64,000 bases of DNA from Candidatus Latescibacterota bacterium (GCA_963667175.2 CAXXXF010000004.1:32001-96000); one strand, 5' to 3'. Shown: positions 10,022 through 20,631, counted from the stretch's first letter. Numbers and translations: made by a program. The notes: generated from the letters alone by a model not told the origin.

Positions 10022-10657
10022 ATGCCATTGCGATTGGGGGACGACGCACCCGATTTTACCGCCGAGACAACCGAAGGTACGGTCCGATTTCACGAATGGC
10101 TGGGAGACAGCTGGGGCGTCCTGTTCTCCCATCCCGCCGATTTCACGCCGGTCTGCACCACCGAACTGGGCGTGGTCGCCAAGCTGAAGGCGGAGTTTGC
10201 CAAGCGCGACGTCAAGGTAATCGGCGTGAGCGTGGACCCGCTGGATGACCATAGGGGCTGGGTCAGCGATATCAACGAGACCCAGAACACCACCGTTAAC
10301 TTCCCGTTGATTGCCGACCCGGACAAGACGGTGGCCAGCATGTACGATATGATTCACCCGAACGAAGACGACAAGGCCACGGTACGGTCCGTATTTGTCA
10401 TCGGCCCGGACAAGAAGGTCAAGCTGACGTTGACCTATCCCGCGTCTACCGGCCGGAACTTCGCCGAGATCCTGCGGGTGATCGACTCGCTGCAACTCAC
10501 GGCCTACCACCAGGTGGCAACGCCCGTCAACTGGGAGGACGGCGAAGACTGCATCATCGTTCCCGCGGTGACCGACGAAGAGGCAGTCGAAAAATTCCCC
10601 AAAGGATTCACAACCGTCAAGCCGTACTTGAGGTATACCCCGCAGCCGAACAAGTAG
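10022..10657 (+). CDS. 1-Cys peroxiredoxin (Prx6)
   Basis: FSHPADFTPVCTTE active site, YPASTGRNF, PYLR tail; GGAGG RBS. Confidence 0.95.
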   Translation: MPLRLGDDAPDFTAETTEGTVRFHEWLGDSWGVLFSHPADFTPVCTTELGVVAKLKAEFAKRDVKVIGVSVDPLDDHRGWVSDINETQNTTVNFPLIADPDKTVASMYDMIHPNEDDKATVRSVFVIGPDKKVKLTLTYPASTGRNFAEILRVIDSLQLTAYHQVATPVNWEDGEDCIIVPAVTDEEAVEKFPKGFTTVKPYLRYTPQPNK

Positions 10658-10726
10658 CCGGCATCTGAATCGGTACCCTTCAGCCTGCGATGCGCCTCCC
10701 CTGGAGATGCGTTCCAGGCTGTTTTT

Positions 10727-11458
10727 TTATACGACGATTGCGGCAATTTCCCGCAGGCTGGAAATCTCGTGGTCCGGTTCCGGAACGTTCGGCTTGAGTG
10801 CTTCACCGTTACGGTTCAGCCAGGCAACCCGGATGCCGACCCGCCGCGCGCCGACGACGTCGTCGTCCTGGGAATCGCCCACGTAGAGGGTTTCCTCCGG
10901 GCGGCTGCCGATCAGGCGCAGGGCTTCGTGGAAGATGTCAGGCGCGGGTTTGTAGGCGCGTGCGGATTCGGAACTGACGACCACGGGAAACGCCAGGTTG
11001 TTTTTCCCGAGCGCACGGGTCAAGTGACCGTGGTCGGCATTGGAGACCACGCCTGTACGGAACGACTCAAGACCGGCCAGCGCGGGCTTGACGTCATCGA
11101 AGACGGGCACCTCGGCAAATGCCGCGAAAAGGTCGTCGGTGTAGTGTTCGAAAGAAACGCGTCTGCCGACGTTTTCGAGCGTCTGTTCAAGGCTGATGAG
11201 ATGGGCTTGCCGCATCGTAAAAAATGTCTCGCCCTCGAGAAGCGGAAAAAACGACCGGTCCCAGGTCTCGAAGAAATCCCGCCCGGACAAATCGAGGTCC
11301 TGTTCACGGACGATGCGGTCGCACAGGGAATGGAGTTCCTCCATGGCGCCCGCCAGAAGGGTCTCGTAAGCGTCGAAGAGTATCGTGGTGACGGGCGATG
11401 TCAAAATCGGGGTCCTTCCCGGCGGCTGCGGCTGATCGCGCGCGGACATCCATTCCAT
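10727..11458 (-). CDS. HAD-family hydrolase (haloacid dehalogenase-like)
   Basis: FDAYETL, VSNAD, YKP, VGDSQDDD motifs; start uncertain. Confidence 0.85.
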   Translation of the reverse strand: MEWMSARDQPQPPGRTPILTSPVTTILFDAYETLLAGAMEELHSLCDRIVREQDLDLSGRDFFETWDRSFFPLLEGETFFTMRQAHLISLEQTLENVGRRVSFEHYTDDLFAAFAEVPVFDDVKPALAGLESFRTGVVSNADHGHLTRALGKNNLAFPVVVSSESARAYKPAPDIFHEALRLIGSRPEETLYVGDSQDDDVVGARRVGIRVAWLNRNGEALKPNVPEPDHEISSLREIAAIVV

Positions 11459-11506
11459 GCGCGCTGCCGAGCCTGGCGACTTATGTCGGAACGTGAGGGG
11501 GCGCGA

Positions 11507-13282
11507 CTATCCCGTGCTCTTTCCGGATACGTCACCGCCTTGTTTTGCGACCGGACCGGTGGGTGCATCCTTGCTATATAGGGCGCCGCCGCGCTCATAC
11601 GAAACCGAAACACGGCCGTCGTGGACTTCGAGCCGCGGGACGTTCTGGTTGAAGACGTCCCGGTCCGGTCCGCGCATCACCGCCAGCTGGGCGTCGGTCA
11701 TCTCCTCGACGAGATCGCCCCATCGGTTCTCGGGGTGCACCATGTCGCCGCCGCTGCGGTTGAAATTGCGGGATGAATATTTGATCAGGATGGCGCGACG
11801 GCCGATCTCGTTCTTCCACGCCAGGGCGCCGTGCGTCTGGCCCCCATCCATAAAGAAGAGCACGTCGCCGGCCTTCATTTCGGGCTGGACGACCAGGCCC
11901 ATGGGGTCATCACAGGACCGCACCCCCCGGGGCACGCGGTACTGGGCTTTATGGCTGCCGGGCACGCATGCGAACCCGCCCAGACCCGCGGGCACGTCCC
12001 TCAGCTGCCAACTGACCGTTACGGCCTCGCAAAAGCTGCGGCCGTTCTGGTACACGTATCCCCGGCCGGGATTCAGCGGTTCGTTCGCGTCATGCAGGGA
12101 ATGACCCGACCCGCCCTTCACGGAACAGAAGGCGGTGGCGTCGCCGAACCTCACGCCGCTGGCGCCCATCCAGTTGAGACGATGCTCCACCACAGGGTGT
12201 GCGACCATGCGCCGGAATGGATCGCAATAAGGTTCCGGAAGGCGCAGCAGGTTGGGCAGCAGCGGCCGGCCGGTCCCGGCCAGCGCTTTCGATCCGCGGG
12301 AGAGTTCCCCGCCCACTTCGATCCTGTCTTCGAATCGATCGATGGCCTGGTTGGCCTGTTCCAGCCACGCTTCGTCCATCACGTTCCGGAGGACGAGGTG
12401 CCCGCAGAGGTCCCAGAAATAGAACTCCTTCTCGTCGATGTCGGAGTCCGGATTCCTGACGTAGATGGACGGATGGTAGACCTCCCGGGATTCGTCGAGT
12501 CGTACCGTCCTGCCGTCCGTGCGGACCGTTGGCGGCGGCGAAGTGCTCCGGTAGCCGGGTCGCCAGATCGAGGCCCTTTGTTCGGCCGTCATGGCGGACA
12601 TCCATTCGGGCATGGGGGCTTCTCCGGTTTTCGGACCGGTCCCGGCCGAGCGGATGGCGCCCCTGCCCGCGAAGTCGTACGACAGCAGGCGCTGCGGACC
12701 GCTCCCCTTCCTGGGTCGCATGCCCTGAAGCAGGGCGCCGGCGACAAGGAGAAGGTCGCCCGCCTTGAGCGCGGGTTGAAGCGTAAGGCCCATATCGTCT
12801 TTTCCGGTGAGAACGTCGTCCGGGGTTTCCACGTTGGATTTGTGTGAGCAGGGCACAATGACGAAACCGCCTGTACCCGCCTCCGCGTCCGCGAGGGCCC
12901 ACACGGCCCGAACCGTCTCACTGAAACGGCGTCCGTTCTGGTAATAGTAGGCCCGGGTGGGGTCGCGCGGTTCGTTGCCGCCTTCGAGGGGCGCATCCGG
13001 ATCGCACGCGTCGTCGCAGAGCAATTCCGGTTCGGTTTCCAGTCGGAAGCCCTGCCCCACAATCTGATTCAGGTACCAGACGAGCTGGGGATGGACCAGC
13101 AGGTCGCGAAAGGGTTCGCGAAGGGGGCGCCGCCACCCCAGCATACCCTGCGACTTCCCGCTGGTATCGATCGCCGAATTCAGGGCGGCGACCTCGCCCC
13201 CGCCGAGGACGCCCCTGACAATGAGGTAACCTCCAACGTCGAAGCAGTAATTCTCTTCGTGGCTCATCGATTCGCGGTCCAT
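11507..13282 (-). CDS. Tandem two-domain phytanoyl-CoA dioxygenase (PhyH)-family protein
   Basis: Two repeats of FD.GYL/FWD.GHL...YYQNGR...GGF..PxSHK...AGD; GGAGG RBS before ATG at 13282. Confidence 0.85.
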   Translation of the reverse strand: MDRESMSHEENYCFDVGGYLIVRGVLGGGEVAALNSAIDTSGKSQGMLGWRRPLREPFRDLLVHPQLVWYLNQIVGQGFRLETEPELLCDDACDPDAPLEGGNEPRDPTRAYYYQNGRRFSETVRAVWALADAEAGTGGFVIVPCSHKSNVETPDDVLTGKDDMGLTLQPALKAGDLLLVAGALLQGMRPRKGSGPQRLLSYDFAGRGAIRSAGTGPKTGEAPMPEWMSAMTAEQRASIWRPGYRSTSPPPTVRTDGRTVRLDESREVYHPSIYVRNPDSDIDEKEFYFWDLCGHLVLRNVMDEAWLEQANQAIDRFEDRIEVGGELSRGSKALAGTGRPLLPNLLRLPEPYCDPFRRMVAHPVVEHRLNWMGASGVRFGDATAFCSVKGGSGHSLHDANEPLNPGRGYVYQNGRSFCEAVTVSWQLRDVPAGLGGFACVPGSHKAQYRVPRGVRSCDDPMGLVVQPEMKAGDVLFFMDGGQTHGALAWKNEIGRRAILIKYSSRNFNRSGGDMVHPENRWGDLVEEMTDAQLAVMRGPDRDVFNQNVPRLEVHDGRVSVSYERGGALYSKDAPTGPVAKQGGDVSGKSTG

Positions 13283-13313
13283 CAAACTTCCTCCTTGAAA
13301 TGGGGAACGGGAA

Positions 13314-14225
13314 TCAGGACACGGCCGCCCATTTTTCCCGTTCCCACTGCTTCTGTCCGATCCTTTCCACGTAGGACGCGCCCCTGTGCTCCAGTAGCCA
13401 TCCCTTGAGCGGTACGTCCGCATCCGTCGGCTGCCACCATCCCTTGACGTCCGCCCCGTCCCCCAGCAGCTGGCGCCGGATCGGATCGCATTTTTCGAGG
13501 ATTTCGTCCGGAATCAGGTTATAGTCCAGTCCTCTCAGCCAGCGATAGCTGTATCCCAGAAACAGCACTTTCCTCGTAGTATCGGACGTATTCAAGCCGC
13601 GGGAATGCCACAGTCGCCGGTCAAACAGGACCGCAGTCCCCGCCTTTACCCGGACCTGCATCATGTCTTCGAACCCCGCAGTTCCGGAGGTCCCGTTTCC
13701 ATCTTCGGGCCAGCGGTCCGGCGGGATATCGCGCTTGTGGCTGCCCGGTACGATGCGGATCCCGCCCCTGTCGGGGTCGCGGGTATCGGACAGCCAGAAT
13801 GCGACTTTCAGCGAGAGCCGGGGATGCGGACGCTCCATTTCCGGTACGGGACGGCCGCCGTCCTGATGCCATCCGCCGGTCTTCGAATCAGCTTTTTCAC
13901 GCGGCTCCGGCGGGTAGTAGATCAGGTGTGAAATATAGTGCTGGACATTCCAGCCCAGTATGTCCCAGACAAGCGGGAACGTCTTCGGCAGGTCCAGCAA
14001 GTCCAGAAACGCGTCGTCTTCGACAATGGTCCGGAATTTGTTCATGAGTTGATCCGGCCCGAGCCCCTGGTTTTGGCGTTCACGCGCATCGACGCGGTCG
14101 CATGCGTCCAGCAGCCGTCCCAGCGTTTTCGAATCCAGCGCGTCTTCGACGATCAGAAAACCCCGCTGATCGAAGTGTTCCCGCTGTTCGTCCGTCATAC
14201 AATGGTCAAGGCAGGCTCGATCCAA
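13314..14225 (-). CDS. PhyH-family Fe(II)/2-oxoglutarate dioxygenase
   Basis: WHQD, VPGSH, FDRRLWH, TRK motifs. Confidence 0.88.
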   Translation of the reverse strand: MDRACLDHCMTDEQREHFDQRGFLIVEDALDSKTLGRLLDACDRVDARERQNQGLGPDQLMNKFRTIVEDDAFLDLLDLPKTFPLVWDILGWNVQHYISHLIYYPPEPREKADSKTGGWHQDGGRPVPEMERPHPRLSLKVAFWLSDTRDPDRGGIRIVPGSHKRDIPPDRWPEDGNGTSGTAGFEDMMQVRVKAGTAVLFDRRLWHSRGLNTSDTTRKVLFLGYSYRWLRGLDYNLIPDEILEKCDPIRRQLLGDGADVKGWWQPTDADVPLKGWLLEHRGASYVERIGQKQWEREKWAAVS

Positions 14226-14464
14226 TTTGATTCCTCCGATCGGTGGCGAAAGGCGTCAATAACGACTGATTTAGAATATCGGGCAGATTCCTAAAAGGCA
14301 AGGACAAAAGAAGCGGGGGCGCAGGGCATTCGCGTTGATTTTTTCGTCCGTCGGCGTTAGATTGCGGGAGACTCTTCGACGCGCGGCCCAGCGGCCCGCG
14401 CAGTTTGTCCGGGCAGGAAACAGGACGTTGTCATTCGCAACATTCCTGGAGAGTGAGACGGATT

Positions 14465-15862
14465 GTGGGACCCCGCAAAACAAACGTGGTGTTCATTCTG
14501 ACCGATGACCAGGGTGTCTGGGCGGCGGGGTGCTACGGCAATTCCGAGATCCGCACGCCCAATATCGACCGGATCGCGAACACCGGCGTGCGTTTCCAGA
14601 ACTTTTTCGTGGCAACGCCGGTCTGTTCGCCCAGCCGGGCGACGTTTCTTACGGGCCGCATTTCCTCTCAGCACGGAGTGCACGATTGGATCAGTGGGGG
14701 AAACGTTGGGGAGGACGCGGCATCCTACCTGGAGGAGGAAATCACGTACACGGACGTGCTGGCGGAAAATGGATGGACGTGCGGAATCAGCGGCAAATGG
14801 CACCTGGGCAACAGCCGGATACCGCAGCACGGGTTCGCGCACTGGTTCGTGCACCAGCGGGGCGGCGGCAAATACAACGATGCGCCGATGGTGCGCGACG
14901 GCAGGCTGATCGATGCGCCGGGATACGTGACCAACGTCATTACGGACGACGCGCTGGCATTCATCGACCGGCATGCGGAAGGCGAAGACCCGTTCTACCT
15001 GAGCGTACACTATACCGCGCCGCACAGCCCGTGGACCGGTCATCCGCGGGACGTGGTGGATTCCTACGACGATTGCGCGTTCGATTCCTGCCCGCAGGAA
15101 CCCCGGCATCCATGGGCCATCGGATTGACGGACCAATGCCTGGGCAACCGCGAGACGTTGAAGGGATATTTCGCGGCCGTGACGGCGATGGACGCGGACG
15201 TCGGCCGGATTCTGGACAGGCTGGAGGCGCACGGGATCCGGGACGAGACGCTGGTGGTCTTTGTCAGCGATAACGGGTTCAGCTGCGGGCGCCACGGATT
15301 CTGGGGCAAAGGGAACGGCACGCGCCCCCTGAACATGTACGAGAATTCGGTCAAGGTACCGGCCGTGATGAGCCATCCCGGACGGATTCCTGAAGGACTC
15401 GTTCAGCCGGCAATGGTGAGTGCGTATGACTTTATGCCGACGCTTCTTGAGTACCTGGAGCTGCCGCTTCCGGAGGGCCGCAATCTACCGGGGAAGAGTT
15501 TCCTGCCCGAGTTGCTTGGCCGCGACGATTCGGGCCGGGAGTCAGTGGTGGTCTACGACGAATACGGCCCTACCAGAATGGTCAGGACGCGTGACCGGAA
15601 GTTCATTCTCCGCCATCCGGATGGACCGAACGAACTCTACGACCTCGTGAACGATCCCGATGAACGCACGAATCGGATTGGAGACGCCGTTCATGCGCCG
15701 TGTGTTGCGGAGATGAGGGCAATGCTGGAAGATTGGTTCGCAACCTATGCCGACCCGGAAAAGGATGGGCGCGAGCGCGGCGTTACGGGCAGCGGCCAGC
15801 AACGGCCGCTCGGAAGGGAATGGGAGAACCGAGGCCATGCGTTTCGGGGGAAGAAGCGATAA
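14465..15862 (+). CDS. Sulfatase (Cys-type, choline-sulfatase-like)
   Basis: FILTDDQ, CSPSRATFLTG, GKWHLG, SDNG, ELYDL; start uncertain. Confidence 0.92.
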   Translation: MGPRKTNVVFILTDDQGVWAAGCYGNSEIRTPNIDRIANTGVRFQNFFVATPVCSPSRATFLTGRISSQHGVHDWISGGNVGEDAASYLEEEITYTDVLAENGWTCGISGKWHLGNSRIPQHGFAHWFVHQRGGGKYNDAPMVRDGRLIDAPGYVTNVITDDALAFIDRHAEGEDPFYLSVHYTAPHSPWTGHPRDVVDSYDDCAFDSCPQEPRHPWAIGLTDQCLGNRETLKGYFAAVTAMDADVGRILDRLEAHGIRDETLVVFVSDNGFSCGRHGFWGKGNGTRPLNMYENSVKVPAVMSHPGRIPEGLVQPAMVSAYDFMPTLLEYLELPLPEGRNLPGKSFLPELLGRDDSGRESVVVYDEYGPTRMVRTRDRKFILRHPDGPNELYDLVNDPDERTNRIGDAVHAPCVAEMRAMLEDWFATYADPEKDGRERGVTGSGQQRPLGREWENRGHAFRGKKR

Positions 15863-15872
15863 GCTAAAGGCG

Positions 15873-16020
15873 GGGAGACGTTAGACGTAAGAGGGGATAG
15901 GAAATGAGTGCCCTATGGTTTTTCTAGTTGTTACGATAACGAAAAATAGACTGGCACGGTTAATGTGAAAACACTATGCTAACGTTATCCTCTACCGTCT
16001 ACCGGCTCACGTCTCACCGC
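15873..16020. repeat. Element bounded by inverted arrays of degenerate 7-mers (GAGACGT / ACGTCTC)
   Basis: GGGGAGACGTTAGACGTAAGA ... CTACCGTCTACCGGCTCACGTCTCACCGC; the right arm recurs at ~23289-23317. Confidence 0.75.
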
Positions 16021-16105
16021 TTTTAAGCAACCTCTCAACCAGGCCGTCGAAGCGCAGCAATAAGGGATCAGCTGAAATCTATAACGTAAGCGCAAGGAGC
16101 AACCC

Positions 16106-17740
16106 ATGAACGTCGCAGATGCGGTAGCCCATATTATGAAAGCGGAGGGCGTGGAATACCTCTTCGCCTATCCTGTGAATCCCCTCATCGAGGCCGCGGC
16201 CAAGGTGGATATCCGGCCCATTCTGGTCCGCCAGGAACGCATCGGCCTGCACATGGCCGACGCGCTGAGCCGGATGACGTCCGGCAAACAGATCGGCGTC
16301 TTCTGCATGCAGAGCGGCCCCGGTTCCGAGAACGCATTCGGCGGGGTCGCCCAGGCATACGGGGACTCGGCGCCGATCCTTGTGCTGCCGCTGGGTTATT
16401 CCAGAAAGCTGACCAACGTACAGCCGAATTTCAACTCGGCGCTGAACTACCGTCACGTCACCAAGCTTTCCGAGCAGGTGATCCTTGCGGAAACCGTGCC
16501 CGAGGTGATGCGGAGAGCATTCACGCAGGTGCGCAACGGCCGCCCCCGCCCGGTGCTTGTGGAATTCCCGGGGGACGTGTTCGACGAGGAGATTGCCGGG
16601 CCTCTCCACTACCGTCCTGCGCCATCGCTGAGGACCGGTCCGGACCCGCGCGACGTCGAGAAGGCGGCGACCTTGCTGCTGGACGCGCACCGGCCCGTGA
16701 TCTATGCGGGGCAGGGCGTGCACTACGCGGAGGCCTGGGAGGCTCTGCGCGACCTCTCGGAACTCCTCGAAGCGCCCGTCACCACCAGTCTGGGGGGAAA
16801 GAGCGCCTTTCCGGAGAACCACCAACTGTCGTTGGGTTCCGGCGGCAGGTCCATTCCCAAACCCGTGCACCACTTCCTGCAGGAGGCGGACCTGATCTTC
16901 GGGATCGGATGCAGTTTCACTCGCACCAATTTCGGAGTGCCCATGCCCGAGGGGAAACGGGTTGTCCACGCCACGCTGGATCCGGGGGATATCAACAAAG
17001 ACGTGGACGTCGAGCACGGGCTGGTTGGTGACGCGAAACTCACCCTGGAGGCTCTGGCGGAGGAAGTCAGCGCGCGGTTGGATGGAAAAGCCCGGGGCCT
17101 GGCGGAAGGGGTGGCGCGGGAGATTGCATCAGTGAAGCGCGAGTGGCTCTCTCAGTGGATGCCGAAGTTGACGCTGAATGAGGCGCCTCTGTCGCCGTAT
17201 CGGGTGATCCGCGATTTGATGCGGACCGTCGACGTTCCGAACACGATCATCACACACGACGCCGGCAGCCCCCGAGACCAGCTCTCCCCGTTCTGGGAGT
17301 CCCATACACCGCTCTCCTACATCGGCTGGGGAAAAACGACCCAGCTCGGTTACGGTCTGGGCCTTGCCATGGGCGCCAAGCTGGCCAGCCCGGACAAGCT
17401 GTGTATCAATGTCTGGGGCGATGCCGCCATCGGCTTTACCGGAATGGACTTTGAGACGGCCGTGCGCGAGCGCATACCCATACTGTCGGTGCTCTTCAAC
17501 AATTTCAGCATGGCGATTGAACTTCCGATCATGCCCGTTTCCACGGAAAAATACCGCAGCACGGACATTTCCGGTCACTACGCAGACATGGCAAAGGCGT
17601 TCGGAGGCTACGGGGAGCGCGTGGAATCGCCCGACGACGTCGTGCCGGCCATCGAGCGGGGAATCAGAAAAACGGAGGAAGGCGTCCCGGTGCTGCTGGA
17701 GTTCATCACGGCGAAGGAGATCGAATTCTCACTCTTCTGA
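16106..17740 (+). CDS. Thiamine pyrophosphate-requiring enzyme (acetolactate synthase-like superfamily)
   Basis: RQERIG, SGPG, GRPRPV, and TPP motif GDAA...NN. Confidence 0.9.
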   Translation: MNVADAVAHIMKAEGVEYLFAYPVNPLIEAAAKVDIRPILVRQERIGLHMADALSRMTSGKQIGVFCMQSGPGSENAFGGVAQAYGDSAPILVLPLGYSRKLTNVQPNFNSALNYRHVTKLSEQVILAETVPEVMRRAFTQVRNGRPRPVLVEFPGDVFDEEIAGPLHYRPAPSLRTGPDPRDVEKAATLLLDAHRPVIYAGQGVHYAEAWEALRDLSELLEAPVTTSLGGKSAFPENHQLSLGSGGRSIPKPVHHFLQEADLIFGIGCSFTRTNFGVPMPEGKRVVHATLDPGDINKDVDVEHGLVGDAKLTLEALAEEVSARLDGKARGLAEGVAREIASVKREWLSQWMPKLTLNEAPLSPYRVIRDLMRTVDVPNTIITHDAGSPRDQLSPFWESHTPLSYIGWGKTTQLGYGLGLAMGAKLASPDKLCINVWGDAAIGFTGMDFETAVRERIPILSVLFNNFSMAIELPIMPVSTEKYRSTDISGHYADMAKAFGGYGERVESPDDVVPAIERGIRKTEEGVPVLLEFITAKEIEFSLF

Positions 17741-17831
17741 TCGTTCCATTTGAACCATCCGAGCCCAATCCCGCGCAGCGCGAACCCGTTGCGCCAAACA
17801 ACGTCGCTACACACAAACGGAGGGGATTTCA

Positions 17832-18368
17832 ATGAAGCGAACATCGATTTTCGGCTTTGCCGTTCTTGCCAGTGTGGCACTGTCCTGCGGTGACGACAAA
17901 CCCACGGAGCCAGTCCACGAACTGGTAGGATCGTGGACGTTACAGGGATCCAATTTGGTTGCTACGTTCTCAACAAACCTGCGGAATTACCTTTTGGACC
18001 AGGGCGTGGACGAGGCGACCGCGCGAAACGTAGTCGCGGAGTTCATCAGCGGGATAGAAAACAGCATCGGCGGGTTGAACATCGTGCGAATTAACGCAGA
18101 CGGGACGTATCAAGATAATTCGGGAGGCGCCGGTACCTGGTCTGTCCAGGGCGACGTGTTGACGCTCAATGATAACGATGGGTCTACCATTCAGATGCAG
18201 TATTTTTTGGACGGCGATGACCTGACGCTCATCCTGACCAGGGAGCGATACCTGAACCTGTTCAGGCGGTCGCAGGATTCCGATCAAATTGACGCGGAGA
18301 CACTGGCGTTTCTCGATGTCCTGTTTGGGGACGGAGACACGATCCGTTTTTTCTATAAGGCCAGATAA
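17832..18368 (+). CDS. Lipoprotein, lipocalin-like (paralog 1)
   Basis: Signal peptide with lipobox LSC; LVGSW; GTWSVQGD. Confidence 0.8.
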   Translation: MKRTSIFGFAVLASVALSCGDDKPTEPVHELVGSWTLQGSNLVATFSTNLRNYLLDQGVDEATARNVVAEFISGIENSIGGLNIVRINADGTYQDNSGGAGTWSVQGDVLTLNDNDGSTIQMQYFLDGDDLTLILTRERYLNLFRRSQDSDQIDAETLAFLDVLFGDGDTIRFFYKAR

Positions 18369-18443
18369 CGACCGGAAATTCCCGCGGAACCTGGCAGGCG
18401 CAGGGATGAAAATGGCGTTGCGACAATGCCGGAGGACGACCTG

Positions 18444-18986
18444 ATGAGCCGGATATCGATGGTCGGATTGACTGTGCTTGTTGGCGTTGCGATGTCCTGT
18501 GGTGACGACAAACCCACGGAGCCGGTCCACGAACTGGTTGGATCCTGGGTTTACCAGACATCCGAATTCAGTGCCACGGCAGCCAGAAACCTGCAGAATT
18601 ACATGGTGAATCAGGGTCTGGACCTGACAGCCGCGGTTCGCCTGGTCTCGGAATTCAGGAATGAGATGGATAGCGGATTCCGGGATACGGGATTGGAGAT
18701 GGTGCGATTTAATCAAGACCGAACCTACGAAGGAAATTCCGGCAATTCCGGAATCTGGTCGGTCCTGGGCGACGTCCTCACGATGGTGGGCGAAGATGGG
18801 TTTACGATTCAATGTCAGTACTTTGTGGATGGCGAAAACCTGACGATCATCCTGAACAAGCAACGATACCTGAACATTGTCAGGGGGCCCGGAGGTTCGG
18901 TTGAGATTGACCCGGACAAAGTGGCGCTTCTGGATATCTTGTTTGGAGACGGCGACTCACTCCGACTCTTCTATGCGGCCAATTAA
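18444..18986 (+). CDS. Lipoprotein, lipocalin-like (paralog 2)
   Basis: Lipobox MSC; SCGDDKPTEPVHELVGSW identical to paralog 1. Confidence 0.8.
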   Translation: MSRISMVGLTVLVGVAMSCGDDKPTEPVHELVGSWVYQTSEFSATAARNLQNYMVNQGLDLTAAVRLVSEFRNEMDSGFRDTGLEMVRFNQDRTYEGNSGNSGIWSVLGDVLTMVGEDGFTIQCQYFVDGENLTIILNKQRYLNIVRGPGGSVEIDPDKVALLDILFGDGDSLRLFYAAN

Positions 18987-19022
18987 CGTTCAGGACGGAT
19001 ACGCCGACGATGCTCGGCCGGC

Positions 19023-19177
19023 ATGTCATTCTGTGCGCAGCGAAGAATCTCCCGTCTTCTCGGCTTGACGTGCGGCCGAAGCCTTCACCAACCCCTATGC
19101 GCGGAGGCCGGCTTTTCATCGGCGCCACCTTACCGTGCCCCCTCTGGCCAATGCAGGGGCGTCCCTTGTGGACGCCC
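19023..19177. repeat. Cluster of REP-like palindromes
   Basis: TGTCATTCTGTGCGCAGCGAAGAATCT and GCAGGGGCGTCCCTTGTGGACGCCC. Confidence 0.6.
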
Positions 19178-19298
19178 GGCCTCCCGAATCGGAAATGATC
19201 GGCCGCCCTGTCATTCTCCGAAGAATTTTCCGCCCAACGGATTGTACGTCGGCCGAAGGCTCTCGTCATCCAATCAGACAAGGTATCGAACATACGTA

Positions 19299-19327
19299 TT
19301 GACATTACAATTATAAAAGTCTATTTT
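19299..19327 (+). promoter_or_regulatory. Sigma70 promoter; transcript probably leaderless
   Basis: TTGACA-17 nt-TATTTT, 8 nt before ATG 19336, no SD sequence. Confidence 0.55.
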
Positions 19328-19335
19328 AGATATTC

Positions 19336-20502
19336 ATGTATAATCGAATATTGAATATAGATTTAATCGATCAACAGACGTGTTTTCTGTGGGGTCCGCG
19401 CCAGACAGGGAAGAGCACGCTCATGCGTGGGTTGTTTCCACGGGCAAAGCGTTACGATCTGCTGCTGGCCGACGTGTATCGCGCTCTGATAGATCGTCCG
19501 GAGTTGATTCGCGAGGAGTGCCTGGCGGCCGGATTGGACGGCGATTCACAGGTCGATCCGATCGTCATCGACGAGGTCCAGCGGATCCCAGACCTGTTGA
19601 ACGAAGTGCATTGGCTCGTGGAAAACAGGGGACTGCGCTTTCTTCTCTGTGGGTCGAGCGCGCGAAAGTTGAGGCGGGGCGGCAGCAATCTGCTGGGCGG
19701 GCGTGCCATTCGTTATCAGTTGCATCCCCTGGTCTATTCCGAGATTCCTGATTTTTCACTCGAACGAGCGTTGAATGCCGGCCTGCTGCCGAGGCACTAC
19801 CTGAGCGCGCGGCCAAGCCGGTTGATTCAAGCGTACGTTGGCGATTATCTTCGTGAGGAAATCTCGGCGGAAGCGCTGACGCGAAATATCCCCGCGTTCA
19901 GCCGGTTTCTCGAAGTTGCGGCCTTGTCGAACGGCGAATTGATCAATTATAGTTCAATTGCCGCGGAATGCGGTGTCAGCGCGCCCACGGCAAGGGAATA
20001 TTTCCAGATTCTGAACGACACCCTGATCGGAAGCCAGGTACCTGCGTTTCGCAGGCGTGCAAAGCGCCGCGTTGTGGCGGCGCCCCGGTTTTATTTCTTC
20101 GATATCGGCGTTGTGGCGCATCTCACGGGCCGCGGACAGGTCCGTCCGGGTTCGGAGTTATTCGGGAGAGCATTCGAACACTTCATCTATATGGAGGTGT
20201 CAGCGCATTCCAGCTATTCCGGGTCTCTCTATCCAATCACGTACTGGCGCACGACGTCCGGTTTCGAGGTCGATTTCATCCTTGGTACCGGCGACGCCGC
20301 CCTCGAAGTGAAGTCGACGTCCCGGATCCAGGACAGACACCTGAAGGGCATCCGGGCGTTCAAGGAAGAATTCGACGTCGCCCGATGTCTCGTCGTTTCA
20401 CAGGACGCGTCGCCGAGGATGACCACCGATGGCATCCTGATATTGCCCTGGCAGGATTTTCTGGAGCGTCTCTGGAACGGCGCGATCGTCCCAACGGCGT
20501 AG
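19336..20502 (+). CDS. AAA_14 ATPase with DUF4143 domain
   Basis: GPRQTGKS, IDEVQ, GSSARKL, FYFFDIG, EVDF...EVKS. Confidence 0.9.
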   Translation: MYNRILNIDLIDQQTCFLWGPRQTGKSTLMRGLFPRAKRYDLLLADVYRALIDRPELIREECLAAGLDGDSQVDPIVIDEVQRIPDLLNEVHWLVENRGLRFLLCGSSARKLRRGGSNLLGGRAIRYQLHPLVYSEIPDFSLERALNAGLLPRHYLSARPSRLIQAYVGDYLREEISAEALTRNIPAFSRFLEVAALSNGELINYSSIAAECGVSAPTAREYFQILNDTLIGSQVPAFRRRAKRRVVAAPRFYFFDIGVVAHLTGRGQVRPGSELFGRAFEHFIYMEVSAHSSYSGSLYPITYWRTTSGFEVDFILGTGDAALEVKSTSRIQDRHLKGIRAFKEEFDVARCLVVSQDASPRMTTDGILILPWQDFLERLWNGAIVPTA

Positions 20503-20631
20503 CCGCCGTTCCTCGCGACCCGCCCCTGCGCTGCTTCCCCGTTAGCCCTCTCCGCAGTTTCCCTCGCCGCTTTGTATTACTTCGATCACCCGCCCTCGCG
20601 TCGTTCACGTCCGCCACCGGTCCTGTGTAAC

